Shown here piece after piece: positions 14,351 through 15,383 of a stretch of DNA of 15,383 bases. Within the stretch, counting starts at the first letter, position 1. The number at the start of each line of letters is the position of its first letter. This DNA comes from Candidatus Micrarchaeaceae archaeon (GTDB lineage: Archaea > Micrarchaeota > Micrarchaeia > Micrarchaeales > Micrarchaeaceae), in assembly GCA_050013715.1 (NCBI GenBank), contig JBEKES010000022.1, positions 1 to 15,383 of the forward strand. Reading direction: 5' to 3'. The position numbers were made by a program, and so were the translations under genes. Under the pieces are notes generated by a model, which was not told the DNA's origin, did no database searches, and was given only the letters and a program-made list of their open reading frames with translations.

Positions 14351-15383
14351 ATGAATTTTCTAATATTAATTTTAAGCATATTCGCTTTAATAACATGGTT
14401 AGTATACTTTCCATTTGCAATATTAATTATTTACTGCTTAAAAAATATATCTCGTTATGAAACAGATACTAAAAAGATTAAAAAAGTTACAACAGATAAA
14501 TTTATAATATTTAGAATTGTGACAAGAGGCGGAAGTGAAAAAATAATAAATGATGGTATAAAATCAATAATTGATTCTTGTAAACATTGGGATTTTAAAA
14601 ATTACAATATTGATGTGATTACACAAGGCAGTTTGGATCACTTTAATGTGGCTGGAGATAAAATATTTGTACCGGATAATTATAAAACAAAAAATAATAC
14701 AAAATATAAAGCTAGGGCCTTACAATATGCAATAGAACATACAAATATATCGAAAAATACATGGATTTTGCATTTAGATGATGAAAGTAAAGTTACCCCA
14801 CAAACAATAGGCTCAATATTGTTATATTTAAAGAATAAACCAAAATTAGCTGCTGAAGGAGCAATAAACTATCCTCATGAATTTGGGAGAAATTACATCA
14901 CTAGCTTTTTGGAAGGAGAAAGATCAGTAAGTTGTATGTTCTGCATATCTCAATTAGAAATCGACCCAGTATGGTTACACGGATCAAATTTATTAGTTAG
15001 AAGTGATGTGGAAAAAGAAGTAGGCTGGGATTTTGGCTCTGATTCCATTGCAGAAGATGCAAGATTTGGGTTTGAATTAACAAAGAGGTATGGTAAAAAA
15101 AGCTTTGGTTGGCATGGAGGAACAATGTTAGAACAACCTACATTTACAATAAGAGATACAATACGTCAGCGTCAGAGATGGTTCCTTGGTGCATTTAGAA
15201 ACATTAATTTTTTGCCATCAACAGAACATAAAATAATAGAAGTGTATTTCTTATCCACATGGGTGCTTGGCTTTTTTGGCTCATTTTTAGGAATATTGGC
15301 ATTATTTAATTACTTATACATACCAGTAATCTTTAAACCGATTTTAATCTTTTGTTTAATTGTTTGGGCACTGACTTATCAAA
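14351..15383 (+). CDS. GT2 family membrane glycosyltransferase, egghead/BRE-3 beta-1,4-mannosyltransferase-like, partial (runs off the right edge)
   Basis: Translated by hand: ATG 14351 after GGTAAT, 9 nt after the upstream stop, open to the window end. N-terminal TM; FRIVTRG, VPDNYKT, KARALQY, WILHLDDES (14771 on), HGS, SIAED, QRQRW (15167-15181), then C-terminal TMs. Confidence 0.9.
   Translation, partial: MNFLILILSIFALITWLVYFPFAILIIYCLKNISRYETDTKKIKKVTTDKFIIFRIVTRGGSEKIINDGIKSIIDSCKHWDFKNYNIDVITQGSLDHFNVAGDKIFVPDNYKTKNNTKYKARALQYAIEHTNISKNTWILHLDDESKVTPQTIGSILLYLKNKPKLAAEGAINYPHEFGRNYITSFLEGERSVSCMFCISQLEIDPVWLHGSNLLVRSDVEKEVGWDFGSDSIAEDARFGFELTKRYGKKSFGWHGGTMLEQPTFTIRDTIRQRQRWFLGAFRNINFLPSTEHKIIEVYFLSTWVLGFFGSFLGILALFNYLYIPVIFKPILIFCLIVWALTYQ

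Noticed and set aside
1160..14379. Many 60-131 aa ORFs antisense to or nested in the long genes (e.g. 3751-4146, 10809-11132, 11770-12084)
   Set aside because: They overlap well-supported CDSs and have no motifs; typical shadow ORFs.
1..15383. tRNA, rRNA, transposase, integrase, reverse transcriptase or recoding signals
   Set aside because: None recognised. Intergenic gaps are short and explained by promoters or terminators, and all CDSs read through under the standard code.

Overview
Gene-dense archaeal chromosomal segment. Evidence for archaeal origin: ribosomal protein L40e without a ubiquitin fusion, a DUF2666-like protein, a small PRC-barrel protein, TATA-like promoters and GGTGAT/GGTAAT-like RBSs. 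Tight packing, a tandem-domain Lrp/AsnC regulator and several ORFans suggest a DPANN genome, probably Micrarchaeota (inference). Left to right: partial secreted Ig/PKD-repeat surface protein (minus strand, not in the ORF track); B12-binding-type radical SAM enzyme resembling the GDGT ring synthase (Grs/Gms/Gmm) family; a 527-aa ORFan; a minus-strand cluster of PRC-barrel, rpl40e (not in the ORF track), small winged-helix protein and DUF2666; two ORFans; an EamA/DMT transporter with an extra C-terminal domain, divergent from a double Lrp/AsnC regulator; an AbiE-type type IV toxin-antitoxin pair in toxin-first order with a 36-bp palindrome at its promoter; a YgjP/DUF45 zinc metallopeptidase-like gene; and an AT-rich putative operon. 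That operon encodes a secreted PQQ beta-propeller/lectin-like/~7-TM fusion protein followed by an egghead/BRE-3-like GT2 glycosyltransferase (partial, not in the ORF track). Best candidates for new biology are this PQQ-fusion + GT2 operon and the Grs-like enzyme in a probable symbiont. No rRNA, tRNA, CRISPR array, transposase or integrase was seen. All family calls come from motif recognition by eye, not database searches.
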